Assembly: GCA_043739185.1 (NCBI GenBank)
Contig: JAYUEN010000386.1
Span: 16,764-80,763 of the forward strand
Source: Bdellovibrionales bacterium
Lineage (GTDB): Bacteria; Bdellovibrionota; Bdellovibrionia; Bdellovibrionales; JAMPXM01
Direction of reading: 5' to 3'
DNA: 64,000 bases
Shown here: one piece after another, positions 37,601 through 47,151 of the stretch
Layout: every line of letters starts with the position of its first letter
How positions within the stretch are numbered: the stretch's first letter is position 1
The notes under the pieces: model-generated
The model's input: only the letters and a program-made list of their open reading frames with translations
Told to the model about the DNA's origin: nothing
Databases searched by the model: none
Translations under genes and position numbers: made by a program

Positions 37601-38527
37601 ATGAGAGAAGAAATATCAAATTTGAAGCGTGCTTGGATTCATCATACGGGAATGCAATTTGCGACCTTGTTGGTCTTGGTTGCAAGTTTCTCGGTTATTA
37701 GCTTCATTTTAATCTTCATGTTAAATCTTCAATCTGTTCTTACGAGCTGGGGCGACTCGATTCGTGTTACGGCTTATTTAAAAGAAAATGTAACGGATGA
37801 GCGGATTGAACTTATCAAGAAGAATATTTCAGCGCTCAAAGATGCTGAAAAAATTGAATTTGTAGACAAATCCACCGCAAAGAACTTGTTCAGGCAACAA
37901 ATGGCAACCTATGCGCCGTCGCTCTTGAATGATACCGAGTTTTCAAATCCATTTCCGGCAAGTGTGATCATTAGCCTCAAGTCTGGTTTGCGCGACCAAA
38001 GCGGCACATCTCGACTTGAGCGAATTGCCACTGAGCTCCAAGCCATGCCCGAGGTTGAGGATGTTTCTTACGGGCAAAATTGGGTCCAGAATTTTTCACA
38101 TCTGGCTGAGGCCATTTCGCATTCTGGTTGGATCTTAATCTCAGTCATATTGGCCGGCAGTCTTCTCATTATTAGCAATTCGATTCGAGTGAGTATTGCG
38201 AGTCGAAAAGAAGAGATTGAAATTCTAGAGCTGGTCGGAGCTACCGCAAAGATGATTCGACTTCCCTTTATTTTTGAAGCGGCATTTATGGGATTCTTGG
38301 CAATGTGTATAGCGCTTATCACGAACTACGGTATTTTCACTTGGGAGCAATCTTTTTTGCGAGACAATCTCGCATTTGCCAGACTGACTGAACAAATTTT
38401 ATTTTTACGGCCGGCAGCAATATTCGGTCTTTTAGTTGCAGGCCTCTTTTGGGGCGCTTTGAGTGCTTATTTCACAATAAGAAAAATGAACAATGGTTGG
38501 TTGGCCGCAGAAGGAAAGTTTGAGTGA
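37601..38527 (+). CDS. ftsX: cell division permease-like protein FtsX
   Basis: ATG at 37601 lies just after the ftsE stop. The topology is TM1, periplasmic domain, three C-terminal TMs. Confidence 0.85.
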   Translation: MREEISNLKRAWIHHTGMQFATLLVLVASFSVISFILIFMLNLQSVLTSWGDSIRVTAYLKENVTDERIELIKKNISALKDAEKIEFVDKSTAKNLFRQQMATYAPSLLNDTEFSNPFPASVIISLKSGLRDQSGTSRLERIATELQAMPEVEDVSYGQNWVQNFSHLAEAISHSGWILISVILAGSLLIISNSIRVSIASRKEEIEILELVGATAKMIRLPFIFEAAFMGFLAMCIALITNYGIFTWEQSFLRDNLAFARLTEQILFLRPAAIFGLLVAGLFWGALSAYFTIRKMNNGWLAAEGKFE

Positions 38528-39717
38528 ATAAGAAGATCATTCAAAGGTTTTTTGCATTCAGCGCATTGTTGGTTTTTACAAGGCACTCATATGCCCTTGA
38601 AACCACCGTGATACTTCAAGGAGTCGAAACTGCGCCTGAGGCCAAAGAGGTTGCGGTTGAAGTGCAAAAAAATCGCGACTCAATCTCAGAGAAAGATCAA
38701 GAAAAGCGTAAGATTTTGGGCTCGCTTTACGAGATTTCAAGGCGAATGAGAAAAATCACGCAGGAAAAAGGCGAAATGACAGATCGTCTACTTCGTACTC
38801 AAGGCAATGTTAAGTTCATTGCTAAAGATATTGCCAAATTAGAAAAGAAAATAGAAGGTGAGCAAAAAGCACTTAAAACCAGTATAAAAAATCTCTACAA
38901 AATGTCCGGCGAGACATATTTGGCGATCCTCTTTTCTCAAGAAACAGCATTGTCTTTAGATCGTTCGCTCAAATTTCTAAAGATTCTTTCAGAGCGTGAT
39001 TTTGAATTGATCAAATCTTATGAGAAAAGCATCGCGGAGCTAACCACTAAAAAAAGCAAACTCAATTTACAAGTAAAAAAGCTCATTCATATTGAAGGGG
39101 ATATTAAAAAGCAAGAGTCACTTCTTTTGACCGAACACAACGAGAAGTCGAAGATTGCGTCCGAAATTGAAAGTAAGAAACTGGCAAATGTTGAGAAAAT
39201 TAAAACTTTGCGAACCAAAGCTGAGGAGAAAAAACTCACAAATTTCGACTCGGCACTATCAGACTTGCTCAAGTCGGCCTTTTATGAAAACAAAGGACAA
39301 TTGCCTGCGCCCATTTTCGGTCAGATCATTCACGACTTTGGTCTGAGCAAACACGAAGAATATCCAATTGAATTCAGTCACAAGGGTTGGTTGTACTCCG
39401 CTGCAAAATCAGCAGTGGTAACCGCTATCTTCGACGGAAGAGTTTCGTTCTCGGGCTCAATCGAGGGTTATGGGGAAACGCTGATTCTTGATCACGGAGA
39501 TCACTACTACTCGGTTTACTCTCACCTAAGTCAAGTCAAGGTCGCGCAAAATGAGGTGGTGAAAAAATCCCAGCGGATCGCGAGTGCTGGCTCGACATCT
39601 CAAGCAAATGATGTTGGAATTTATTTTGAGATTAGGCACTTTTCAGAACCCGAAAATCCAAAGCAGTGGATTTCACCTCAAGACGTAAAGGTTTCGTTGC
39701 GGGATGCAAAAGAGTGA
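38524..39717 (+). CDS. envC: EnvC-like murein hydrolase activator (coiled coil + degenerate LytM/M23 domain)
   Basis: Long coiled coil, then an M23 fold in which the metal-binding motifs are degenerate (SHKGWLY instead of HxxxD, GIYFEIRH instead of HLHFE). Position after ftsEX. Confidence 0.8.
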   Translation: MNKKIIQRFFAFSALLVFTRHSYALETTVILQGVETAPEAKEVAVEVQKNRDSISEKDQEKRKILGSLYEISRRMRKITQEKGEMTDRLLRTQGNVKFIAKDIAKLEKKIEGEQKALKTSIKNLYKMSGETYLAILFSQETALSLDRSLKFLKILSERDFELIKSYEKSIAELTTKKSKLNLQVKKLIHIEGDIKKQESLLLTEHNEKSKIASEIESKKLANVEKIKTLRTKAEEKKLTNFDSALSDLLKSAFYENKGQLPAPIFGQIIHDFGLSKHEEYPIEFSHKGWLYSAAKSAVVTAIFDGRVSFSGSIEGYGETLILDHGDHYYSVYSHLSQVKVAQNEVVKKSQRIASAGSTSQANDVGIYFEIRHFSEPENPKQWISPQDVKVSLRDAKE

Positions 39718-39735
39718 CCAGATTAAAAGTAAAAT

Positions 39736-41229
39736 ATGCGACTAGAATTCAAAGGAGATTTCGTGACTAGCAAATTTAAGAAATTCATCTGCAGCTTTCT
39801 CTTCATTTTGGCTCTTACAGTCGTGCTTTTACTTTTTAGCGCAAATAGCATTTCCGCTTTCGCAGCCGAGCGTTATCAAGAGCTTCAGATTTTTACCAAG
39901 GTGCTCAATTTTGTACAGCAGTATTATGTCGAAGAAGTTGACACCAAGAAACTGGTCTATGGCGCCATAAAAGGAATGTTGCAGGAATTAGATCCCCATA
40001 CAAATTTTTTACCGCCAGATCTCTACAAAGAATTTGAAAGTGAAACCAGTGGCGAGTTTGGCGGACTCGGGATCGAGATCACCGTGCAAAATGATGTGCT
40101 GACGGTGATTGCGCCGATCGAGGATACTCCGGCATGGGAAGCTGGCATTCAAGCTGGCGATAAAATTGTTGAGGTCAATGGTGAAAGTACAAAGGGTTTG
40201 AGTCTTGCAGAAGCGGCACAAAAGATGCGCGGCAAACGTGGGAGCAAGGTTCGCCTCGGAATATTTCGCGATGGCTTCGATAAGCCTAAGGAGTTTGTTG
40301 TACAACGAGGAGTCGTCAAGATTCGCTCAGTCAAATTCACCGACTTAAACGACGGCTTTGGCTACATTCGACTTACAAGCTTTATTGAAAATTCCGGCGC
40401 CGAAATGGAGAAAGCCGTAAAGGAACATGTTAAAAATAACAAGCTTGGAGTAAAGGGTTTGATTATTGACTTGCGCAGAAATCCCGGCGGTCTTTTGGAT
40501 CAAGCAATTCGCATCAGTAATCTATTTTTAGATAAGGGGATTATCGTTTCAACAATCGGTCGAAATCAGCGTGAAAAAGAAGTCGTCATGGCCAAGAAAG
40601 AGGGCGGCTTTGTCAATTTCCCTTTAATCGTTTTGATCAATGAATATTCTGCTAGTGCTAGTGAAATTTTAGCTGGAGCTTTGCAAGACAATAAGCGTGC
40701 ACTGATCATGGGGCAAACCAGTTTTGGCAAAGGTTCCGTTCAGTCGGTTGTAAAATTGGGAGACGGATCGGCGCTGAAGCTTACTGTAGCTAGATATTAT
40801 ACGCCAAGTGGTCGCTCCATTCAGGCCGAGGGGATTAAACCAGATGTATTCATTGATGATGTCGATGCCGAAAATTATAAGAAGGCCATTATCAAGAGAG
40901 ATGTTCGACGTGAATCCGATATGCAAAATCATTTGCTCGGTACCAAAGAGCAAGAACAGGCCAAAGAAAACGATGCAAATAAATCAAGTTCGACAGATAA
41001 GAAAACCGGTGAAGATGTGAACTACTGGTGGAAGAGCGATACTTCGAAAAAGAAGCCGGCTTCACCAAGAGAAAAGCTACTGAGCGAGGATTTTCAAGTC
41101 ATGCAAGCATACAATTATTTAAGAGCTTGGCGCACGATTGAAAATTATGGAGGCGGCGTTGCTCCTCCAACCGCAAGCATTGCACCTGAGCCGTTAAATG
41201 CTAAAGGGCAAAAAAAAGAGACTAAATAA
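39736..41229 (+). CDS. ctpA: carboxy-terminal processing protease (S41)
   Basis: PDZ domain (GIQAGDKIVEVNG), catalytic Ser context SASASEILAGALQD and Lys context SFGKGSVQ. Confidence 0.9.
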   Translation: MRLEFKGDFVTSKFKKFICSFLFILALTVVLLLFSANSISAFAAERYQELQIFTKVLNFVQQYYVEEVDTKKLVYGAIKGMLQELDPHTNFLPPDLYKEFESETSGEFGGLGIEITVQNDVLTVIAPIEDTPAWEAGIQAGDKIVEVNGESTKGLSLAEAAQKMRGKRGSKVRLGIFRDGFDKPKEFVVQRGVVKIRSVKFTDLNDGFGYIRLTSFIENSGAEMEKAVKEHVKNNKLGVKGLIIDLRRNPGGLLDQAIRISNLFLDKGIIVSTIGRNQREKEVVMAKKEGGFVNFPLIVLINEYSASASEILAGALQDNKRALIMGQTSFGKGSVQSVVKLGDGSALKLTVARYYTPSGRSIQAEGIKPDVFIDDVDAENYKKAIIKRDVRRESDMQNHLLGTKEQEQAKENDANKSSSTDKKTGEDVNYWWKSDTSKKKPASPREKLLSEDFQVMQAYNYLRAWRTIENYGGGVAPPTASIAPEPLNAKGQKKETK

Positions 41230-41244
41230 ATTGTTATGCGGGCC

Positions 41245-41964
41245 CTAACGTGACCTTAGGCGTTTTAGATGTTCTTCGCTCCACCAGAGTTTGCCAAATT
41301 GCGAGCTCTCGTTTTTTTCATTCAGGATTTGTATGCTCGAATTGAGAGCCCTTGAATGAAGTGAAATTTGCTTGGAGAAATTGAGAACATAGGTCTCGAT
41401 TTCTGTGCGAGATAAAACCTGATCTATCAGGTTGAGACGAGCGGCCTCATAAGCAGAAAGAACCTCGCTTCTCAAAAGAGATCTTTTCAGTTGATTCAGA
41501 GATATGCGTTCTGCAAGACGTGATGTTCCTCCCCAGCCGCAAAGCAAAGCCTGTTTCGATTGCCAAAAGCCAAAGAGAACCTCTGGCGTTGCAAAAGCGA
41601 AGTCGCAACATGATAAAAGTTCAATACCACCACCAAAACAGTCGCCGGTGAGCATGGCAACTTTGACCATTTTTAGTTCATGAAAGCGTTTTAAAATGCT
41701 CGCGATCTCGCGATTCAGCTTTATTCCAGAAGCTTTGCTATTTAAATTTCGATAGTTTTTTAGGTTTCCGCCGGTGCAAAAAAAGCGACTCGTTCCGGTG
41801 AGCAAGAGTAGGTTTTTTTTTGACTTGGGAGCACTTAGCTTTTTGATATGAGAATCGAACTCACGTGCCGTTTCAATACCAAGCGCATTTCCGGTTTCGG
41901 GATCACTCAACGTGATTTTGATGATTCTCTCGTCGAGATTCTCTGCTACAATTTTGGTCGGCAT
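41245..41964 (-). CDS. enoyl-CoA hydratase/isomerase (crotonase) family protein
   Basis: Crotonase-fold segments are present (FCTGGNLK, GDCFGGGIELLSCCDFAFA). Too short and divergent to call MenB. Confidence 0.7.
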   Translation of the reverse strand: MPTKIVAENLDERIIKITLSDPETGNALGIETAREFDSHIKKLSAPKSKKNLLLLTGTSRFFCTGGNLKNYRNLNSKASGIKLNREIASILKRFHELKMVKVAMLTGDCFGGGIELLSCCDFAFATPEVLFGFWQSKQALLCGWGGTSRLAERISLNQLKRSLLRSEVLSAYEAARLNLIDQVLSRTEIETYVLNFSKQISLHSRALNSSIQILNEKNESSQFGKLWWSEEHLKRLRSR

Positions 41965-41989
41965 AAATTCCTTAACTTATGAAAAGCGC

Positions 41990-42676
41990 TTAAAGCCCGC
42001 CAACCAAACCTGATTTACCTACAAATTCAACACCCACCCCACAACCACCACCATTCATTCCCTTGTTTGAACACCAAACAACTTTTGCGGGCATCGCATA
42101 GGACTTCTGAATTTCATCTAAAGTAATATGAACCTTCAATTGATCGCCTCGTTTGACCATAGCGCTTCCTACTAACTCTATATAGGCGCCGCCTTTTGAT
42201 AGGTTAAATAATATACTATTAGCATTTGGGCGCCCGCGATCACCCCATTCGACGTCCGCCGACATCACGGTGTCGTACCTGCGATGAATGCGTTGATAAA
42301 CATTTCGGGCGTTGAGAAACTTGCGAATGATTCCCTGCAAATCACGAATGACAAAGGGCTTTTCTAAGAAAACCATATTCTGCATACTTTGAAGTTCTTT
42401 GATGGACTCTAAACTCTCAATTTTTGCGCTCACTAAAATCGGACCGTTATAAGCTGCGGCTCGCAGAGACATCACGCTGGCACGTATTTCTTTTGAATAA
42501 TTGGTCACATTCATTATTACTAAGCTCGAATTAGGATCCAATACTGTACTCAAACCCTGCGGCCGGACGCTCAAAAATCGCATTTCACCGAGTTCAGTCA
42601 CCAAGGGATCTATTTTCTTTTTCAAAATGAAATTTTCTTCTTCTGAGGTGCTGGCTAAGACAATTCGATGACTCAT
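41990..42676 (-). CDS. pseudo-receiver domain + PilZ domain protein (putative c-di-GMP receptor)
   Basis: The C-terminal domain has RIHRR (RxxxR) and NLSKGG (N-x-S-x-x-G) about 25 aa apart. The N-terminal CheY-like fold retains LEKPF, but the acidic pocket and phospho-acceptor are replaced (VLASTS..., LVIMNV). Confidence 0.75.
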   Translation of the reverse strand: MSHRIVLASTSEEENFILKKKIDPLVTELGEMRFLSVRPQGLSTVLDPNSSLVIMNVTNYSKEIRASVMSLRAAAYNGPILVSAKIESLESIKELQSMQNMVFLEKPFVIRDLQGIIRKFLNARNVYQRIHRRYDTVMSADVEWGDRGRPNANSILFNLSKGGAYIELVGSAMVKRGDQLKVHITLDEIQKSYAMPAKVVWCSNKGMNGGGCGVGVEFVGKSGLVGGL

Positions 42677-43554
42677 AGTGAAGCTCCCTTTTTGGCAGAA
42701 CAGATCTCATTTAATTTCGCTAAACTTGAAAAGCAAATTTGTGAAGATTTCTGTGTGTAGTCGCTTGAAAGTGCGGTGTCGCTCGCCCAAATATCTTTGC
42801 CAATGGCTACTTCTAAACGCGAGGAAAAATGAAGGCTGCCTGAGGTTTTATTGCAGTTCCAGCGGGTTTCATTTTGTATTCCAATTTGATTGAGCAAAGC
42901 AGAAAACAAACGGAGGCGCGCGCGCTCATTCGGAATGATTCTTCCGCCAAGCATTTCGTCAACACTGAGGGACTCACTCGCTTGCTCTAACAAAGCAGAT
43001 TCAATATCTTTTCTAAAAGATTTAGATGCGAGAATGGCATCGAATGCAATCGCAAGCTCTGTGCCCACTTTGCAGTTTTGTATACTGCAACTTACTTTTT
43101 GAAGCGCAGCCTTCCAGCGCAAATCGTCATTGGCAAATTTTTGCAAGAGAGTCTTTGGAGCGGTCTGCTCAAGAGTTTTTTCATTGTATCCTAGGTTTGC
43201 AAGCAGTCGACTGCGAGTCTGAATAAGGCTTGCAGGAGAATCGAGCTCCAAATCAAAATTATTTTTGAAGACAGAAGTGGCCTGCATAAAGGCATCCTTT
43301 AAGTTCTGCAGAGATGAAAGTGTCACTTCTTGAGAAGAAAGAGGTTTTAATTTTAGAATCTTAAAGGTCTCATTTCGGGACTGAAATTGCGCATTCAGTG
43401 CACCAAGACTGTTAACTGTCGAGCAGCTACCGAAGCCAGTCGGCGCAACTTCAGTGGCTTTAATGGGCGAATTAAGCGCCCCTAATAGGGCTCGCCCGTC
43501 GGCTCTCACTTCTACCAGATTGATCATAATGAGTATGGCTATAAGACTTTTCAT
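42673..43554 (-). CDS. secreted hypothetical protein
   Basis: Signal peptide MKSLIAILIMINLVEVRA and several Cys. 4-nt overlap (ATGA) with the PilZ gene. Confidence 0.65.
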   Translation of the reverse strand: MKSLIAILIMINLVEVRADGRALLGALNSPIKATEVAPTGFGSCSTVNSLGALNAQFQSRNETFKILKLKPLSSQEVTLSSLQNLKDAFMQATSVFKNNFDLELDSPASLIQTRSRLLANLGYNEKTLEQTAPKTLLQKFANDDLRWKAALQKVSCSIQNCKVGTELAIAFDAILASKSFRKDIESALLEQASESLSVDEMLGGRIIPNERARLRLFSALLNQIGIQNETRWNCNKTSGSLHFSSRLEVAIGKDIWASDTALSSDYTQKSSQICFSSLAKLNEICSAKKGASL

Positions 43555-43575
43555 AGACTCCTCTTTGCCTATAGC

Positions 43576-43602
43576 TTATCGGGACTTTAAAACCTAAGTT
43601 TA
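43576..43602 (-). promoter_or_regulatory. sigma-28 (FliA)-type promoter
   Basis: Minus strand reads TAAACTTA-11 nt-CCCGATAA compared with the consensus TAAAGTTT-N11-GCCGATAA (6/8 and 7/8, exact spacing). The -10 ends about 21 nt before the ATG at 43554, and an AGAGGAG RBS lies between. Confidence 0.6.
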
Positions 43603-43820
43603 TGAATGGGGGCAAATATCTGTTTAATTTTGTCTTCTCAAAGTGATGCGAAACCTCTCAAAATCTTTGATTCGATTGATGAATGTAAGCTTACGTAAAA
43701 TTAGTTATCAATAAAATGCGTATGAATCTGTCGAAATCCTTTGCGGCGAGCTTCGACTTAAGATCTTTTTTCAAAATGTCGAATAAACTCTGTTCTTTTC
43801 AATTCGATAAAGGAGCCAAC

Positions 43821-44576
43821 TTGGGAGCATTAGATCGCTATCAAAAGCCGGGCGGTTTTGGCCAGCTTCTGCAATTAATCGAAACCTGCGGATCAGTGAA
43901 ACAAGAAAAATTTCTTACCATGGTTCGGGAGGCAGATCCACGATGGAGCGAGGCCATTCAAAAGAAAATGCTCACCATGGAAAAGATCTTGTCTTGGTCA
44001 GATGAAGTAGTTTCTGAGATCGCGGGTAGCCTGCAAGAGCTCACAATTGCGATTGCACTACATGGTCTCAACGCGGAGGCAAGAGTAAGATTTTATCGTA
44101 GTTTTAGTTTTTCACAGCGCCGCAAAATTGACGATTTATTTGAAGTCAATCAACCATCAGCTGCCGATATTGGTGCCGCCTATATAAAAATTTTTACTGA
44201 AGTCCGTCGCCTAATGCATGAAGGAACCTTGCGCGTAGACCGAGTGGACCCAGAGGTATTCGTACCAGATGGTATCGAAGAAGCTCTTCGTAAAGGCGGG
44301 GAGATGAATATTTTGAGATCGGTACCCTTGCCCGTACCCTCACAAAACTCAAATCCTACGCCAGCACAAGAGCGGCAAGCTTTGCCGAAACCCGAAGTTC
44401 AAAAACAAAATGTTCACAACGCGACTTCAACAAATGCGAGTATTAGTAACGATGCAGATGACAATCGCATTCTTCGTAAAAAAATATTGGCCATGACGGA
44501 AGAGATCAATTCGCTCAAGCAAGATGTGCAGAATCTAAAAGCGAAGATTGAACATATTAAAAAAATTGCGGCCTAA
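43821..44576 (+). CDS. FliG C-terminal-domain-like protein with C-terminal coiled coil
   Basis: LQELTIAIALHGLNAEARVRFYRSFSFSQRRKIDDLFEVNQPSAADIGAAYIKIFTEVRRLMHEGTL follows the FliG_C pattern. The TTG start at 43821 lies 5 nt after AAAGGAG. The ORF-track start at 43716 has no RBS. Confidence 0.55.
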   Translation: MGALDRYQKPGGFGQLLQLIETCGSVKQEKFLTMVREADPRWSEAIQKKMLTMEKILSWSDEVVSEIAGSLQELTIAIALHGLNAEARVRFYRSFSFSQRRKIDDLFEVNQPSAADIGAAYIKIFTEVRRLMHEGTLRVDRVDPEVFVPDGIEEALRKGGEMNILRSVPLPVPSQNSNPTPAQERQALPKPEVQKQNVHNATSTNASISNDADDNRILRKKILAMTEEINSLKQDVQNLKAKIEHIKKIAA

Positions 44577-44578
44577 GC

Positions 44579-45139
44579 TCAATCCTCGATCTCCTCATGC
44601 AGAGCTTGAGGGGACCAGAACTGCTTATACTCTTCTATAAAACTGAGTTTGGTTAAATCTTTTATGCGATCAATATACAAGGTACCATAGAGATGATCGA
44701 ATTCATGCTGCAGAACCGTAGCCAAGAAATTTTCGGCTTCCAGACTTTGCGGCTCGGCTCTTTCATCTAGGTATTCAACTGAAATGCCTTTTGGCCTGGC
44801 GACGGGGCCTCGCAAATCGGGAACAGACAAGCAGCCCTCCCAAAAAGTTTGCTCTTTAGGATTGGTCACTTTTATGACTGGGTTAACAAAAATCTTTAGG
44901 CCTTGATTTCCCATCTCGGGATAGCGCTCATTTTTATTATTAAATTCGATTACCGAAACCTGCACGAGCTCACCAATTTGAGGTGCTGCAATTCCGACTC
45001 CACTCGTCGCTCGCATTGAGTCTGTCATATCAACTATCAATTGAGAAAACCAATCCGACAGTATTTCTTCCTTACTCAACTCGCGAGAGCGCTGCCGCAA
45101 AAGTGGATTGCCCATTCTCAATATTTGACGAACTGCCAC
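44579..45139 (-). CDS. def: peptide deformylase
   Basis: GIAAPQIG, EGCLS and QHEFDHL motifs. The GTG start at 45139 (AGGAGA upstream) gives the usual (M)AVRQILRMGNPLL N-terminus. Confidence 0.9.
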   Translation of the reverse strand: MAVRQILRMGNPLLRQRSRELSKEEILSDWFSQLIVDMTDSMRATSGVGIAAPQIGELVQVSVIEFNNKNERYPEMGNQGLKIFVNPVIKVTNPKEQTFWEGCLSVPDLRGPVARPKGISVEYLDERAEPQSLEAENFLATVLQHEFDHLYGTLYIDRIKDLTKLSFIEEYKQFWSPQALHEEIED

Positions 45140-45184
45140 AGTGTCTCCTTGTAAGATCATGATTAAGTTTGTTAGGCTCAGCGT

Positions 45185-46423
45185 ATGACCGAAGGACATC
45201 ATAACATTATCAAGAGTGTTTTTTCAAAAAAAATGCTGATCATAGGACTGATGGGGTTCTTTTCGGGAGTTCCTCTCCTTCTGGTGGGTTCTACTCTCAA
45301 GGCTTGGTTGACCGAATCAAATGTCGATTTAAAGGTCGTTGGCTTTTTTTCGTTGGTGGGCATTCCCTATAGTGTTAAATTTTTATGGTCACCATTTATG
45401 GATCATTTTAAAGTCTTTTCCTTTGGAAGACGGCGAAGTTGGTTGATGCTCAGTCAGCTTTGTTTGGCGGCGAGCTTATTCGTTATTTCATTTATCCATC
45501 CCGGCGAAGCCATTTTTACAGTTGGACTTTTGGCTATATTGATTGCGTTTTTCAGCGCAAGCCAAGACATCGTAGTAGATGCATACCGAAGAGAGGTCTT
45601 GATTAATGAAGAACAAGGATTGGGTTCGAGCGTATACGTTAACTTTTATCGCCTCGCGATGTTGTTTAGCGGTGGCTTTGCACTTTATTTAGCCGATCAT
45701 TTTCCCTGGGGACAAGTCTATCAGATGATGGCTCTTTGTATGCTTCTTGGAGTTCTCTTAACTTGGTTTTCGCCAGAACCCAAACTGCAGATAAACTCAA
45801 AAAACATTTGGGGAGCCTATGTTGAACCGCTCAAAGAGTTTTTCTCTCGAAAATATGCTTGGCTGATTTTGGCCTTTATTGTTTTTTACAAAGTCGGCGA
45901 ATCTATGGCTTCAGATATGACGACGCCATTTTTTTTAAAACACGGATTCACGAAAACAGAAATTGCAAGCGTGGTCAAATTTTTTGGTTTTTGGGCAACT
46001 CTCGCGGGTGCTTTTTTGGGTGGCGTCTTGTTGATAAGAATTCGTGCCGGCCGGGCCCTTTTGCTGTTTGGCATTCTTCAAAGTCTAGCGCTTTTTGGTT
46101 TTAGTTTTATTGCTCTTCAAGAACCAAATATTCGCTTGTTAGCAGTGGTGGTGACAGCAGAAAATTTCACTTCGGGAATGGCGACCACTGCGCTTCTGGC
46201 ATTCATGGCCAATCAATGTGATACGCGCTTTTCAGCGACCCAATACTCACTCCTCAGCAGCTTGCTAAGTGTCCCACGTGTTTTAGCTGGCAGTCTCACT
46301 GGCATTCTTGCAGTGCAATTGGGTTGGCAATATTTTTTCATTTTTTGTGCACTTGTAACGGTGCCTGGCCTTCTCTTGATTTTTGGTTTGGGTAAAATCA
46401 ATCAAGAGTATAAGATTCGTTAA
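45185..46423 (+). CDS. ampG: MFS transporter, AmpG (muropeptide permease) family
   Basis: 12-TM MFS protein with the AmpG-type loop FMDHF...GRRRSW. Confidence 0.8.
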   Translation: MTEGHHNIIKSVFSKKMLIIGLMGFFSGVPLLLVGSTLKAWLTESNVDLKVVGFFSLVGIPYSVKFLWSPFMDHFKVFSFGRRRSWLMLSQLCLAASLFVISFIHPGEAIFTVGLLAILIAFFSASQDIVVDAYRREVLINEEQGLGSSVYVNFYRLAMLFSGGFALYLADHFPWGQVYQMMALCMLLGVLLTWFSPEPKLQINSKNIWGAYVEPLKEFFSRKYAWLILAFIVFYKVGESMASDMTTPFFLKHGFTKTEIASVVKFFGFWATLAGAFLGGVLLIRIRAGRALLLFGILQSLALFGFSFIALQEPNIRLLAVVVTAENFTSGMATTALLAFMANQCDTRFSATQYSLLSSLLSVPRVLAGSLTGILAVQLGWQYFFIFCALVTVPGLLLIFGLGKINQEYKIR

Positions 46424-46425
46424 TA

Positions 46426-47151
46426 TTAATGTTCCTCTAAAAACGCAGTCACCAAGCGCGTGAATTCCGTAGGATTGTCCCATGGTGCTCGATGTGAAGC
46501 TTGTTTCACTTTATGAAAACGATGACTAGCGGCCACCTGAGGAAAGCCACAAAGTAAATCGCAGTATTTCTCATCTTCTTCACCTGCGAGCCACAGCACA
46601 GGAATCTTCAGGTTCATCATCTTAACTGCCAAATCGTCTTGCTTAGCGATCGACCAGTTTAAAAGAGCTTCTGCTAAAGCCTTTCGGTCAAAATCTTTTT
46701 CTTCGCGCTTCAAAACAATTGCATCTTGGGCTGAATTTTTCACTTTGAAAATATCTTGATCTCCCCATTCAGAGATGATTTTTTTCCAATCACTTTTTAA
46801 AAACTTTTGTGCCCACTTAAAATCGATCTCCTTGCGAGCAGCTCGCTCGACAACGTTTGCAGTTCCGGGATTGGCAGAGACCAAAATGGCGGCACTCCAA
46901 AAATGAGGTTGGGCCAGCAAAAGATGCATGGCTAGTCTTCCGCCCAATGAATAGCCGAGTAGAACTCGAGGTTCCTTTGAGTTTTGAAATTGCTCTTCAA
47001 GCGCTTTTGATTTTTGTAGGGCCCACGCTTTCAACGTAAGATTTTCATTTTTTGGCCAAAGATCTGGAGCTTCAAGATTCGGAAAACTTTTCTTTAAAAA
47101 GTCCCAGTCCGAGCCCAACCCTAAAAAGCCATGCAGAGCATAAATAGTCAT
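46426..47151 (-). CDS. menH: alpha/beta hydrolase, MenH-like (SHCHC synthase)
   Basis: GYSLGGRLA nucleophile elbow, 241 aa, 4-nt overlap with menD upstream. Confidence 0.75.
   Translation of the reverse strand: MTIYALHGFLGLGSDWDFLKKSFPNLEAPDLWPKNENLTLKAWALQKSKALEEQFQNSKEPRVLLGYSLGGRLAMHLLLAQPHFWSAAILVSANPGTANVVERAARKEIDFKWAQKFLKSDWKKIISEWGDQDIFKVKNSAQDAIVLKREEKDFDRKALAEALLNWSIAKQDDLAVKMMNLKIPVLWLAGEEDEKYCDLLCGFPQVAASHRFHKVKQASHRAPWDNPTEFTRLVTAFLEEH

Noticed and set aside
38524-39717. The M23 peptidase with degenerate metal-binding motifs as a possible novelty.
   Set aside because: A degenerate LytM domain is exactly what is expected for EnvC downstream of ftsEX.
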